Assembly: GCA_036677065.1 (NCBI GenBank)
Contig: JAKFBS010000011.1
Span: forward strand, 187,356-251,355
Length of the DNA: 64,000 nucleotides
From: Bdellovibrio sp.
GTDB taxonomy: Bacteria; Bdellovibrionota; Bdellovibrionia; Bdellovibrionales; Bdellovibrionaceae
Reading direction: 5' to 3'
The translations under genes were made by a program, and so were the position numbers. Position 1 is the stretch's first letter, and every line of letters begins with the position of its first letter. The notes below the pieces were generated by a model. It searched no databases, was not told where the DNA came from, and was given only the letters and a program-made list of their open reading frames with translations. Shown one piece after another: positions 9,918-20,174 of the stretch.

Positions 9918-11778
9918 TTTAGTTATATTTTTATTTCTAATAGTGAAAGCCCCACTTGTTTGGGGCTTTTCTATTTCTGACAAAGCGTCCCGCTTACAAA
10001 AATACTTAAATACAGCTCGCCAAGAAAAATTATGGACTGATCCTCAGTGGCTAGCTTTAGGCCATTACGAAAATAAATACTTTTCCTATAGCTCGCCCTT
10101 TACTCAAGGCTTTTTTCTTGATGCCGATGGCGCAAATTCACCAGAAAAAGAATTACTTAAAACTATTGAGTTACTTTATGGCGACAATGATCAGCGCCTG
10201 CAATGCCGTTATTTAGCGCGGGCCCAATGGTTAAATGCGCTCTTAAAAACTGATGCACAAGATAGATTACCCTGCGAAGAGCGACAACTCTGGAAAAAAC
10301 AACTTAACGTCAAAGGTGTTTCTTTAATTTTTGCCGCCAGTGACATGGGTAATGCTTCATCAAGTTTTGGCCATACTTTTTTAAAAATCGTAAACCCTGA
10401 AAATGCGCAGAACAAAGATTTAATTGATTACGGAATCAACTATGCGGCCAATGCCGATGCCAGCGAAGGCGTATTTTATGCGCTTAAAGGTTTATTTGGC
10501 ATGTACGATGGCCAATTTACTATGCTTCCGTATCATCAAAAGATTCGCGAATACATTAATCTAGAAGGCCGTGATATCTGGGAATATTATTTTAACTTCA
10601 CACCTGAAGAAACTGATTTTTTAGTGAATCACCTGATCGAAATGGAAAATGCACGCGCTCCATATTATTTTTTTAGTGATAACTGCTCATATCAGATTTT
10701 AAAAACATTAGAAGTAGTGCGCCCTGATTTAAAACTTTCACAAGAGTTTCGCTATTTTACTATTCCGATCGATACCGTCAAAAAATTAACTGGCTTACCT
10801 ACTCCGGTTTTTGTTGCACGTAAGTATAAAAAATCACTTAAAACGGATTACCTTGAATCATTTGCAAAACTTGGCGTATTACAAAAAAAAGCGCTTGATA
10901 TCGCTGTCGTTGATTTAAATATACCTGATGATTATGAACTTTTAAAATTAGAAAAGGCGCAAGTCTATGAAACCGCGATGAAATATTATTCATTGCGCGC
11001 ATTTACGTCGGACAAAGATTACGACAATGAAAAATACCAACTGTTTTTAAAAAGAGCTTCAATGGGTATGGTTGCTGGGGCTGATTATGTTTCTAACCCA
11101 GAGCCTCCTGAAGATAGCCATGATTCATCAGCACTATATTTTGGTATGGGACAAAGTGATTTCAAAAATGAAACGTTAACCTATACCAGTTTAAAATTCA
11201 GACATGCCTTACATGATTTAGAACAGCAAGATTTTGGAACAGTAACCTTTAGTCAGAATGAAATGGCTTCTATCGAAGCTCGTTATCTAAATACTGACGA
11301 AGAAGCTAAAAATTTTCGTATTTATAAATTTACGGCTTTAAATTTAGTGAACTTAAATCCCGTTACCCAGCTAGATAAAAATTTTTCGTGGAAATTTCGT
11401 GCCGAACTTGTGAATAACATGGAAACCTTCACTGATGATGCCTTTACCGGTGATATTGAAGCCTCGGGTGGATATAGCTATGATTTAGCGTTATTTGAAC
11501 GCACGCGTATAGCTTATTTAATGACCGCGAGACACTGGGATAAATCCATTAACAGCATCGGGCCTGAAATTTTATTGGTTAGCCGTCTATTGCCAAACTT
11601 GGGCTTTTCTTTAGATTTAACTTATTTTGGACAAAACAAAAGATCTGATTTTTTGCGCTATAAAAGTAAAGTGAATTACACATTCAGAAAAAACTTTGAT
11701 ATCCAGTTCGCCACCGAAAATGGCATCAACAAAGAAACCCATCAGCAATTGCAATTGGTGTGGAATTTTATTTTATAA
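9898..11778 (+). CDS. DUF4105 (Lnb N-terminal-like) domain protein with a probable C-terminal beta-barrel
   Basis: Signal-like N-terminus; LIFAAS..N.SS.FGHTFL, YINLEGRDIWEY, YYFFSDNCSY (His/Cys pair); C-terminal half has alternating beta-strand pattern ending LQLVWNFIL. Confidence 0.78.
   Translation: MHATVLNLVIFLFLIVKAPLVWGFSISDKASRLQKYLNTARQEKLWTDPQWLALGHYENKYFSYSSPFTQGFFLDADGANSPEKELLKTIELLYGDNDQRLQCRYLARAQWLNALLKTDAQDRLPCEERQLWKKQLNVKGVSLIFAASDMGNASSSFGHTFLKIVNPENAQNKDLIDYGINYAANADASEGVFYALKGLFGMYDGQFTMLPYHQKIREYINLEGRDIWEYYFNFTPEETDFLVNHLIEMENARAPYYFFSDNCSYQILKTLEVVRPDLKLSQEFRYFTIPIDTVKKLTGLPTPVFVARKYKKSLKTDYLESFAKLGVLQKKALDIAVVDLNIPDDYELLKLEKAQVYETAMKYYSLRAFTSDKDYDNEKYQLFLKRASMGMVAGADYVSNPEPPEDSHDSSALYFGMGQSDFKNETLTYTSLKFRHALHDLEQQDFGTVTFSQNEMASIEARYLNTDEEAKNFRIYKFTALNLVNLNPVTQLDKNFSWKFRAELVNNMETFTDDAFTGDIEASGGYSYDLALFERTRIAYLMTARHWDKSINSIGPEILLVSRLLPNLGFSLDLTYFGQNKRSDFLRYKSKVNYTFRKNFDIQFATENGINKETHQQLQLVWNFIL
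9946..9970 (+). terminator. Intrinsic terminator-like hairpin after the DUF3015 gene, inside the 5' end of the DUF4105 ORF
   Basis: AAAGCCCCA-cttgtt-TGGGGCTTT followed by TCTATTTCT. Confidence 0.6.
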
Positions 11779-12381
11779 CTATTCTAACCACGTCAGGCGG
11801 TTTTCAGTCTGACGTGGCGGTTTAGGTGGCGTGTGATCTGGGTATCCAATCACAATGCCACAAAGAAGTTCTAATTCACCCGCCTGATATTCGGGTAATT
11901 CTGTTACTCCTAAAAATTTGTCGACTTCGTGCTTGATCTCAAGTGGAGCACCCATCGTGCAACAACCTAAGCCTTCAATCTGACAGGCTAGGTTAATATT
12001 TTGCACAGCCATATAGACGCTACCGATGCTAGTGTAATGACGTTCTTCTGGCGAATTGTTCGAATAACAAAAAACCAGAACTGGTGCGTTACCTAAGGTG
12101 AAAAAAAATCTTTCAGTAAAATCGTATAAAGAAGGTTTTAATTTTTTTTGTAAAATATCTTTAATGCCTAACCAAGATTTTTGCGAATATTTTAAATATT
12201 CGTCACGCTTTTTACCCTGCACGATAAAAAATCTCCAGTTTTGACGGTTCTTACCTGATGGGGCATGAAAAGCCGCTTCATTAAATATTCTTTCTAAGAC
12301 CTGCTTAGGCACGGGATCACTTTTATATTGGCGAATAGATTTACGACTTTGGACGAGTTCGTAGAATTCTTGTGACGTCAT
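11779..12381 (-). CDS. Nitroreductase family protein
   Basis: RKSIRQY, APSGKNRQNWRF, AVQNINLACQIEGLGCC. Confidence 0.9.
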   Translation of the reverse strand: MTSQEFYELVQSRKSIRQYKSDPVPKQVLERIFNEAAFHAPSGKNRQNWRFFIVQGKKRDEYLKYSQKSWLGIKDILQKKLKPSLYDFTERFFFTLGNAPVLVFCYSNNSPEERHYTSIGSVYMAVQNINLACQIEGLGCCTMGAPLEIKHEVDKFLGVTELPEYQAGELELLCGIVIGYPDHTPPKPPRQTENRLTWLE

Positions 12382-12417
12382 TTGACCCCCTTAGGCTTAT
12401 AGAACAAAATAATAGCT

Positions 12418-12891
12418 ATGAATCAGGCCGTTGAAAATGAAAAATCTATCTCAATACCCCTATTAATTGGGGCTTTGGTTATTTCGCTGATTTTTGCCGT
12501 TGGCTCGTCTATGACTTCTGTCAGAAGAATCTTTGATTCTAATACCGAAGAGCGTAAGATTTTGGCCAAAGTTTTTACCGAATACAACGGTAAGGCTTTT
12601 GTGATCTTTAAAATTAAGACCAATGCCGGCGTCGAGATCGAAATTTACGAAAAAGACTTAGCTACTAATAATCAGCAGTTTAAACAGCGCTTTCCGTTAA
12701 GTGATGATGTTGAAGCCTATTTAATGGTGAATAACAATTCGATGAATTTAGGCTTAGTCGATGTTAATAACGATGGCCAAATGGATGTGATCGCCCCGAC
12801 CGTAGACAAAAATGGCAATTCGCGATTAAATGTTTTTCAGTTCAACAGCGATTTAAATTCGTTTGTTCCATATGCTGAAGGTCAGAACTAA
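12418..12891 (+). CDS. Membrane-anchored hypothetical protein with one FG-GAP/DxDxDG-like Ca-binding loop
   Basis: N-terminal TM helix; DVNNDGQMDVIAP. Confidence 0.6.
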   Translation: MNQAVENEKSISIPLLIGALVISLIFAVGSSMTSVRRIFDSNTEERKILAKVFTEYNGKAFVIFKIKTNAGVEIEIYEKDLATNNQQFKQRFPLSDDVEAYLMVNNNSMNLGLVDVNNDGQMDVIAPTVDKNGNSRLNVFQFNSDLNSFVPYAEGQN

Positions 12892-13638
12892 TTATTTATT
12901 TTTTAAAATGAAGCGATAGGTTTTTGTGCGGCGCCCAGTTTTTTCATAATAATTACCCGCCAGATAACCATTATCTAATTTATAAAGCTGAAAATGATGC
13001 CCATCAGGGCTTCCAATCACCAAGCCATCACGCCCAATAAGTTGAGCACTGAATTCGTCATAGAACTCATGAGTTGTTGGTGGCTGTCCTGGCTTTGCAA
13101 TCTGATACTTTCCAATAATCTTTGAATTTGTATCAGACGCAGCTTTTAAATTGATTTTTAATCCGAACAGCACTTCGTTACGGTTATTCACAACCGAACC
13201 TTCATAAGAGCCCCAAAACTTTGCATAATCTATGGCCGTTACTGATGCAGATATAGCGTTCAAATTTTTTAGACGAAAGCGCAGCTGACGTAAAAGATCG
13301 ATAACCTCTTGTGATGAACGGGCACCGGCTAATTTTTTTTCATTGGCGATTACAGTTTGATCGACATTTTCTTTTAGTTTATCGCGCTCAACAATAGCTT
13401 CATCCGTGACTTCGTTTTCTTGCATCGACTCTATAGATTCAATTGGGGCCGATGTTGTCACGGTTGCGGACACCGTAACTCTAGCGGCTGTTACTTCAAG
13501 TTGTATGGGTTTAGCTAGAGCTTCTTCAGAAACTGTCTTATCTGCGCTTACTTCTGTTATCGAAACAGCCTGCGAGCGTTTGTGATACGCAAAGTAGGCT
13601 ATTCCAAGAACGAATACGGCTATAAGTAGCTTATTCAT
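12892..13638 (-). CDS. Membrane-anchored hypothetical protein
   Basis: 248-aa ORF with N-terminal TM; start overlaps the mltG stop by one base. Confidence 0.65.
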   Translation of the reverse strand: MNKLLIAVFVLGIAYFAYHKRSQAVSITEVSADKTVSEEALAKPIQLEVTAARVTVSATVTTSAPIESIESMQENEVTDEAIVERDKLKENVDQTVIANEKKLAGARSSQEVIDLLRQLRFRLKNLNAISASVTAIDYAKFWGSYEGSVVNNRNEVLFGLKINLKAASDTNSKIIGKYQIAKPGQPPTTHEFYDEFSAQLIGRDGLVIGSPDGHHFQLYKLDNGYLAGNYYEKTGRRTKTYRFILKNK

Positions 13639-14735
13639 TATTTATTTTTAGTTTGTTTCTTATTCAGGTCGCGCCAGGATTTTCCAGCGCGAGATTTTGG
13701 ATCAACTTGAAAAGTTTTAACAGCTGCATTGTGCGCATCTAAACTTTCAGAAAATTGATGAGTGCCATCGTTATGGCTTACGAAAAATAAATACTTAGAC
13801 GGCAATGGCTTTAATGCCGCTAACAACGCTTCTTTACCCGGATTAGAAATCGGCGTCGGCGGTAAGCCGTAAATTGTATACGTATTGTGTCTTGTCGGTG
13901 TTAATAAATCAGTGCGGGTAATATTTTTTGGCATTTGCCCGCGAGTTAAAGCCACACCGTACAATACTGTTGGATCAGTTTGCAGGCGCATATTTTTATC
14001 TAAGCGATTATGAAACACTGATGAAACTAATGGACGTTCTTCTTTAGCTCCCGTTTCTTTTTCAACGATACTGGCAAAAGTAACTAACTGGTTACGATTC
14101 CATTTTCTTTGTGGAAAAGTTTGGTTAAAAGTCATTATTTCAGGTTGAATTTCTGAATACACCGCTAAAAACCGGCGCACCATTTGCGTGATGATATCTT
14201 TTTGTGAGTCAAATTTTGTTACTTTATAAGTTTCAGGAAACAGATAACCTTCTAATGAATCAAGCTTTTCACCTAACAACGATTGAATAAATTCACGATC
14301 ACGAAACAAGGTAAAAGCTTCTTGTTTGGTGCCGTAATTATTTTTTTCTAAAAGATCTGCGATATCCCACATATTCAGGCCTTCAGCCACTGTGAAATTT
14401 CTGGCAACACTTTTACCAGAAGTGATTACCGCTAAAATTTCATCCGGAGTCATCGCTGCATTTAATGCGTATTCACCGCGTTTAAGCTTAGGATTCATGC
14501 CTCGGTAGCGCGAATACCATTGAAATAACTTTGCACTTTTAACTAGTTTTGCAGTCTCTAGATTTTGGGCAACTGTAGGCATCGACTGCCCGGGGTTTAC
14601 ATCAAACAATATTTCAGTACTATCGCTGGTTACACCTGTGCGCAAAAACTGATAGCTGAAATAGGCTAAAGAAATAGATAGAGCAACAACAAATACTGTT
14701 GTTGCAGAAAGTATCGTCTTCATTTTTTTATTCAA
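13638..14735 (-). CDS. mltG: Endolytic peptidoglycan transglycosylase MltG (YceG)
   Basis: LEGYLFPETY, ASIVEKE, VFHNRL, LQTDPTVLYG, NTY..YGLPPTPISNPG, YLFFV. Confidence 0.95.
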   Translation of the reverse strand: MNKKMKTILSATTVFVVALSISLAYFSYQFLRTGVTSDSTEILFDVNPGQSMPTVAQNLETAKLVKSAKLFQWYSRYRGMNPKLKRGEYALNAAMTPDEILAVITSGKSVARNFTVAEGLNMWDIADLLEKNNYGTKQEAFTLFRDREFIQSLLGEKLDSLEGYLFPETYKVTKFDSQKDIITQMVRRFLAVYSEIQPEIMTFNQTFPQRKWNRNQLVTFASIVEKETGAKEERPLVSSVFHNRLDKNMRLQTDPTVLYGVALTRGQMPKNITRTDLLTPTRHNTYTIYGLPPTPISNPGKEALLAALKPLPSKYLFFVSHNDGTHQFSESLDAHNAAVKTFQVDPKSRAGKSWRDLNKKQTKNK

Positions 14736-16233
14736 GAGTTACTCCAGGAAGTAGCTTGGTTTTATCTAAAGTTGTTGGATCTTCTAAACTTGCCATTGGC
14801 ACTGTTGTGTATTGAACCGCAAAGTGCGCAGATGGGCGGTCATTACCAGATTTACCCATGCCACCGAATGGTAAGCGTGAACTTGCACCATTTGTTGTGC
14901 GGTTCCAGTTTAATAAACCGACACGCGCTTTTAAAATCGCTTCGTTATAAAGCTCTTTATTTTTTGTAAATAGCGCCATCGCTAAGCCATAGCCTGTCGA
15001 ATTCACCATCTCCATCGCGTTATCAAAATCGCTTGAACGATAGATAGCAACGTTTGGTCCAAAGATTTCAGTTTTTTGATAAACTGAATTTTTATCAAAA
15101 CTTTTCACCAAATGAATACTTGGAGTCACGTAGTGACCTTTATTTTCAAGATCTAAAGCTTTACCGCGCATTAAGTTTTCACAATTTTCACGATTTGCCA
15201 TCTCTTGAAAACGAATATATTTTTCTACGGCTGCGCCATTAATCAACGGGCCCATAAATGGATTTTTTGCCCAGTGACCAATTGTTAATTTTTTTGCCGT
15301 TTTATAAAAACGATCTGTAAATTCATCGGCAATTTTATCGTGTAAAATCACGCGTGAAGTTCCCGAACAACGCTGACCCGTAGACATGTAAGCACCCACG
15401 ATTGTTTCGTAGACCGCTTTATCCATATCAGTGTCATCCCAAACCACAGTTGTATTTTTACCGCCCATTTCAAGCGCTAAGATTTTCCAGTAATGATTTA
15501 GCGTTTCTTGTTTGATTTTAAGCCCAACTTCATAAGAACCTGTAAATAAAATACCATCAATCGCTTCGTGAGCGACAAGTCTGCGCCCTGTTTCAGCTTC
15601 ACCATGAATCATATTGAAAACGCCCGCAGGAAATTGCGCTTTTTCAAAAATTTGCGCGTACAACTGGCCTACATAAGGCGTTTGTTCAGAGGGTTTATAA
15701 ACAATCGTGTTTCCAGTCACTAAGCCTGGAATAATATGACCATTCGGTAAATGTGCCGGAAAGTTAAAAGGCCCAATCACCGCCATCACACCACGGGATT
15801 TAAAACGAATAACACCTTCTACTTGCGGCAACGCATTTGGAATGTGTTCTTCTTGAACTAATTTTAATGATTCATTTAATGTTACATCAATTTTTGCAGA
15901 TAAAGCTTTAGCTTCAGAAGTTGCATCCCATAGAGCTTTACCAGTATCACGAGCAATGGCTTCAGCCATTTCAGCTTCGTGAGCAATAAATAATTCTTTT
16001 AAACGAAAACAATATTTTTTACGTTCGTCTAAAGAAAGTTTAGCCCAAGGCATGTAGGCTTTCTTAGCGGCTGTAATCGCCTGTTCAACATGATCTAAAC
16101 TATAACTGACTGTCATAATTTCATCACTTAAATCTGCCGGAGAAATATCTTTAAATTGTCCGTCTGGTTTTTGACCTTTAACGAACTGACCGTTTAAAAA
16201 ATCACCTAAAAATGGAGTGGTTTTGTACGCCAT
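14728..16233 (-). CDS. astD: Aldehyde dehydrogenase, succinylglutamate-semialdehyde dehydrogenase-like
   Basis: GVMAVIGPFNFPAHLPNGHI, FTGS, ALEMGGKN, GQRCS, TNGASSRLPFGG.G.SGN.RPSA; adjacent to astA. Confidence 0.85.
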   Translation of the reverse strand: MAYKTTPFLGDFLNGQFVKGQKPDGQFKDISPADLSDEIMTVSYSLDHVEQAITAAKKAYMPWAKLSLDERKKYCFRLKELFIAHEAEMAEAIARDTGKALWDATSEAKALSAKIDVTLNESLKLVQEEHIPNALPQVEGVIRFKSRGVMAVIGPFNFPAHLPNGHIIPGLVTGNTIVYKPSEQTPYVGQLYAQIFEKAQFPAGVFNMIHGEAETGRRLVAHEAIDGILFTGSYEVGLKIKQETLNHYWKILALEMGGKNTTVVWDDTDMDKAVYETIVGAYMSTGQRCSGTSRVILHDKIADEFTDRFYKTAKKLTIGHWAKNPFMGPLINGAAVEKYIRFQEMANRENCENLMRGKALDLENKGHYVTPSIHLVKSFDKNSVYQKTEIFGPNVAIYRSSDFDNAMEMVNSTGYGLAMALFTKNKELYNEAILKARVGLLNWNRTTNGASSRLPFGGMGKSGNDRPSAHFAVQYTTVPMASLEDPTTLDKTKLLPGVTLE

Positions 16234-16237
16234 ACTC

Positions 16238-17266
16238 TTACGCCTTCTTCCCAAATTCAAAAGGCGTCACAAACACCTCTTGATCTAAATCTAATTTTAA
16301 ACGGTCACGAGTTTTTGATGGCACGGCAACGTAGCCATCTTGGATATCGTAACCCGATAACATACATTTGAAATCTTCGCTGCCGTAACCAATTAAACCC
16401 ATTTGTTTATAGGCAGCTTCTTTGCCTTCGCTAACGCGAAGTTTTTTTCCGGCTTTGATCGGAAGAATATTTTCTGTCTCACAACCATAATGTGGGCCAC
16501 CATCAAACGGATCCACTTCGTCTAAATATTGAAAGCCAATATTTTCTAAAAGATGTTGCGCGGGTTTTGTCGCTTCGCCTACACGGCCAAGCACCAAGCG
16601 TGCTTTTGAATCTAATAAACTTAAATAAATATCTTCTTCAGGAAATAACGACTCAATAAATTCTTTATTGGTTTGTGATAGTGCATCAGCTTCCTGATAG
16701 GGTAAGCCGGTAAAACGGCGGCCTAAGGCCTCCCAAAATTCGCTGCGGCCTTCGTCAGTTAATGGCGGTGTTAATTCACATAACACACGTTTTTCAAAAC
16801 GATCCGGGTTTAGCGCCATGTACACAAAGCGGCTTAGAGAAATTTGTTTTCCTAAACGCTCTGGGCGGCGGCGGTACGCTTTATCAACTAACAACCCACC
16901 GATTTCAGTTGGCCCGTCAGTGTCTAACTGAAAACGTAATACTTGATGAATAAAACCAATTCCTAAATCTTGCGAAAAGTGATCCCGTTTTAAAATTTTA
17001 AAATAACAATGGGGCACAGCCTCAGAACCATGTTTGGCAATAATTAAAGAACTGCCGACAACCATTTGCTCTTCGACGTCTTCAACCACAAAAATATATT
17101 CTGATTTATCTTTTGGAAGATCACCAGCGAATGAAGCTTCGCTGCGGGCAATTTTTTCAGTCAGGATCTTACGATCACCCGGAAGATTTAATAAATTAAA
17201 TTGCTTCGCTAAATCTGTTAATTGCGTAATATCGTCTTTGCTAACCGCTCTTACAATAAAGCTCAT
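16238..17266 (-). CDS. astA: Arginine (ornithine) N-succinyltransferase
   Basis: IVRAV..DD..QL..LA, LSRF, G.SEFWEALG.RF, LLENIGF...DEVDPFDGGP; ATGA overlap with the upstream gene. Confidence 0.88.
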   Translation of the reverse strand: MSFIVRAVSKDDITQLTDLAKQFNLLNLPGDRKILTEKIARSEASFAGDLPKDKSEYIFVVEDVEEQMVVGSSLIIAKHGSEAVPHCYFKILKRDHFSQDLGIGFIHQVLRFQLDTDGPTEIGGLLVDKAYRRRPERLGKQISLSRFVYMALNPDRFEKRVLCELTPPLTDEGRSEFWEALGRRFTGLPYQEADALSQTNKEFIESLFPEEDIYLSLLDSKARLVLGRVGEATKPAQHLLENIGFQYLDEVDPFDGGPHYGCETENILPIKAGKKLRVSEGKEAAYKQMGLIGYGSEDFKCMLSGYDIQDGYVAVPSKTRDRLKLDLDQEVFVTPFEFGKKA

Positions 17267-18648
17267 AAACAAAACCTTTCGATCATTCTGGTGTAGAACG
17301 ATGTCATTAATTCTAAATGTTTAATTTCAACGTGTTCATTCGGCGTATGAACATTGTTTTCTCGTTTACCCGCACCGACACAAATACATTCTATGCCGAT
17401 TCGCGAAAACAGACTGGCTTCGTTTGTCGAAGCCAGACTTGTGCACTGGCTGATTTGTCCAAGTTTTTCTAATTCGGCCAATGCACCTTTAATCAAAACT
17501 GACTTTTCATCAGTACGAAACGGACGCTTGTAATCCTGTAAATTGAATTTTGCGCCTACTTTTTCACAGGCACTCGAAATCATTTGCATCCACTTTTCGT
17601 AATCTTCTTGTCTTACATTAGGAAGAATACGGCATGAGCCGCCGATCAAAATATGATCGTCAAAAGTTCTGATGATACCGACACTGATCGTTGAATGTTC
17701 GGGCATAAAAGCCTTATCGATCACCGATTTCATTTCGTTTTGCACATCAACCATGACGTTATATAAAAAATTAATTTTACGAATCGCCGGGTCTTTAAAA
17801 GAAGCCGCAACATCTAATTCGACCATCGCTTGATTGGGAATCATGTTTTGTCTGGTTCCCGCATCCATATCGACTATCACGACGTTATCTGGCATCTTAG
17901 ATAAATAATCGAAAAGTTTAAGCGCGGCACTTTCACCTAAATGCGGTGTTGATGAATGCGCACTTTTACCAGAAAAGATTTTTGACTGCGTTGAAATTGA
18001 TTCAGACGCTGCGATGTTGTGTTTGTATTCAACTTCTTCTTGCGAAAAAGGAATACGCATTTCAACTGTGGCATAACCTTTTGCTGCATTAATAATATTT
18101 AAATCCGATGGGTCACCAATCAATGCGTATTTTGCATTAATCTTATTTTTACGAATTAATTTAAGTGCACCTTGCATTCCGGTTTCTTCACCGAAAGTTC
18201 CCACCAACACTGGTTGTAAGGTGTTAAGTTTCATGCTTTTAAATTGCGTCATCGCTAAAAGTTTGCATAAAAAATCTAATTTTACTTCGGCTGATCCTAA
18301 CCCATAAATGCGACCGTCTTCAATCACGGCATCAAACGGATTAAAATTATTTTTTTTCCATAAAGCGAAATTTCCGGGATCAACAGTATCAAGATGAGCT
18401 TGTAATAAAAATTCATTTTGCCCGGTTTGAAAAGGCTGTAAGCGCACGATGATATTTGCCTGGGTGATGCCGTTTTGCACTTCTTGCTGAACTTCGACAT
18501 CAAAGCCAAGCTCGTATGCTATCAAAGATAAATAATCCACCACCTCAACAGTCGAAGTTTGCGGCGAGCTGTCAAAAGCAATCAGCTTTCGACAGGCGCC
18601 GACAAAATCAAATCCTTCAACTGAAGAAGTAGTTTGGGGAGTAACCAA
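17263..18648 (-). CDS. M20-family metallo-amidohydrolase (ArgE/DapE-like), probable desuccinylase
   Basis: LQAHLDTV, IYGLGSAEVK, GEETG, GKSAHSS.PHLG, VHTPNEHV. Confidence 0.8.
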   Translation of the reverse strand: MVTPQTTSSVEGFDFVGACRKLIAFDSSPQTSTVEVVDYLSLIAYELGFDVEVQQEVQNGITQANIIVRLQPFQTGQNEFLLQAHLDTVDPGNFALWKKNNFNPFDAVIEDGRIYGLGSAEVKLDFLCKLLAMTQFKSMKLNTLQPVLVGTFGEETGMQGALKLIRKNKINAKYALIGDPSDLNIINAAKGYATVEMRIPFSQEEVEYKHNIAASESISTQSKIFSGKSAHSSTPHLGESAALKLFDYLSKMPDNVVIVDMDAGTRQNMIPNQAMVELDVAASFKDPAIRKINFLYNVMVDVQNEMKSVIDKAFMPEHSTISVGIIRTFDDHILIGGSCRILPNVRQEDYEKWMQMISSACEKVGAKFNLQDYKRPFRTDEKSVLIKGALAELEKLGQISQCTSLASTNEASLFSRIGIECICVGAGKRENNVHTPNEHVEIKHLELMTSFYTRMIERFCL

Positions 18649-18650
18649 TC

Positions 18651-20072
18651 TTATAATCCTTCGTGTACCGTTTTTTCGATCACTTCTAAGGCTAAGGCAA
18701 TATCAGCTTCCTGAATAATTGCCGGCACTAAAAAGCGAATACGAACTGGGTCTTTACCGCAAGTAAATGCGATGATGCCATTTTTAAATAATTTTTTAAC
18801 AAAAGTTTCTGCTTGTTCTTTTTTTCCTTCGAACGGTGTGAATGCAATCATTAAACCCATACCGCCTGCATCTGATAATAATCCCTTGCAAGTTGTTTCA
18901 TTTAAACGATTGATCCCTTGAACGAAGTGATTATGAATTTGGTTAATGCGGCCGTTTGGTCCAATGTAACCTTCTTCAAGCATTTCTAAAATTTCAAGAC
19001 CCGCAGTCATTGCACTTGATCCACCAGAAAAAGTTCCCGCTATTAAGCCTGGTTTAGGATTGTACTCTTCAGTGTAAAGAGTTGCACCTAACTGAACTGT
19101 TTTTGCGATGGTTACGATATCAACGTATTCGCCAAGATTCATTGTTTCAAAAGCAAAAAATTCACCCGTGCGAGCAAAAGTTTGAACTTCATCAGCCCAA
19201 ACAGCGATATGTTGCTGTTTGCAAAATGCTAACATTGGTTCATAGAATTCGCGCGGTGTCGGAACAAAGCCGCCTTCACCTAACATTGGCTCAAAAGAAA
19301 ATGCAGCGATTTGTTTATCAAATTTAGCAGCGTGTTCTTTTAAAGTGCGAAGCGCAGTCTCAGAAGATTTTGGATCTTTTTTATCAAAGTTTGGAATACG
19401 CAAGACTTCATTGTATTCTGGCAGACCTTGTTTATACGCAGGGTTATCAGTCACTTCGGCCATCATTGTTGAACGACCGGCAAAAGCATTTTTCATCGCA
19501 ACGATCATTTTCGCCGGAGAATTTTTTTGGCGCGCCATTTTTACAGCGTTTTCGTTAGCCATAGTTCCGCACGTTGAAAACCAAGCGTGTTTAAGACGAG
19601 AGTTACGACCAGCAATCTGAACTAATTTCTCAGTCAATCTGATGTATTCATTGTTTGGTTGAATATTACCTTGCATCACTACATCTGATAAAGCACCGCG
19701 AACAGCTGCTTTCATAACACGTGGATGCGAATGACCCATTAAATGAATTCCGATGCCGTTGATCAAATCCATTTTCACGCTGCCATCTTCTAGTTCAACA
19801 TACACACCCTGGCCTGCACCTGTGCCAACATACTGGTGATAAAGTGGACGACCACGAAGTGCACCGATGTGCTCAATTTTATTTTTTGAACGCTCAACTA
19901 AAGTTGGTTGAGGTGGTTGAATAGTTTGAATGGCACTGTTGATCACCATAACTTCATCCACTAAATCGTTTACAAGACCTTCAACAACGGGATCGTGGTC
20001 AAGTTTTCTACCGGTTAATAATTCATCTGTACTTTGCACTTTGGCGATCGCGCCTTTGATTGCTGATAACAT
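18651..20072 (-). CDS. Class III PLP aminotransferase (AstC/ArgD-like)
   Basis: GHSHP, GTMANENAVK, FAGRS, EPMLGEGG, DEVQT.ARTG, TIAK, GTFSG. Confidence 0.85.
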   Translation of the reverse strand: MLSAIKGAIAKVQSTDELLTGRKLDHDPVVEGLVNDLVDEVMVINSAIQTIQPPQPTLVERSKNKIEHIGALRGRPLYHQYVGTGAGQGVYVELEDGSVKMDLINGIGIHLMGHSHPRVMKAAVRGALSDVVMQGNIQPNNEYIRLTEKLVQIAGRNSRLKHAWFSTCGTMANENAVKMARQKNSPAKMIVAMKNAFAGRSTMMAEVTDNPAYKQGLPEYNEVLRIPNFDKKDPKSSETALRTLKEHAAKFDKQIAAFSFEPMLGEGGFVPTPREFYEPMLAFCKQQHIAVWADEVQTFARTGEFFAFETMNLGEYVDIVTIAKTVQLGATLYTEEYNPKPGLIAGTFSGGSSAMTAGLEILEMLEEGYIGPNGRINQIHNHFVQGINRLNETTCKGLLSDAGGMGLMIAFTPFEGKKEQAETFVKKLFKNGIIAFTCGKDPVRIRFLVPAIIQEADIALALEVIEKTVHEGL

Positions 20073-20174
20073 CGTTTTTTCCTCGTAGTTCTAGAGAGTG
20101 TTTTTAGGTAGATAGAATACCTTGTTGCGACGAGCTATGACAAGGAAAGCACTTCATCGTTAGACTTTGGCTAT

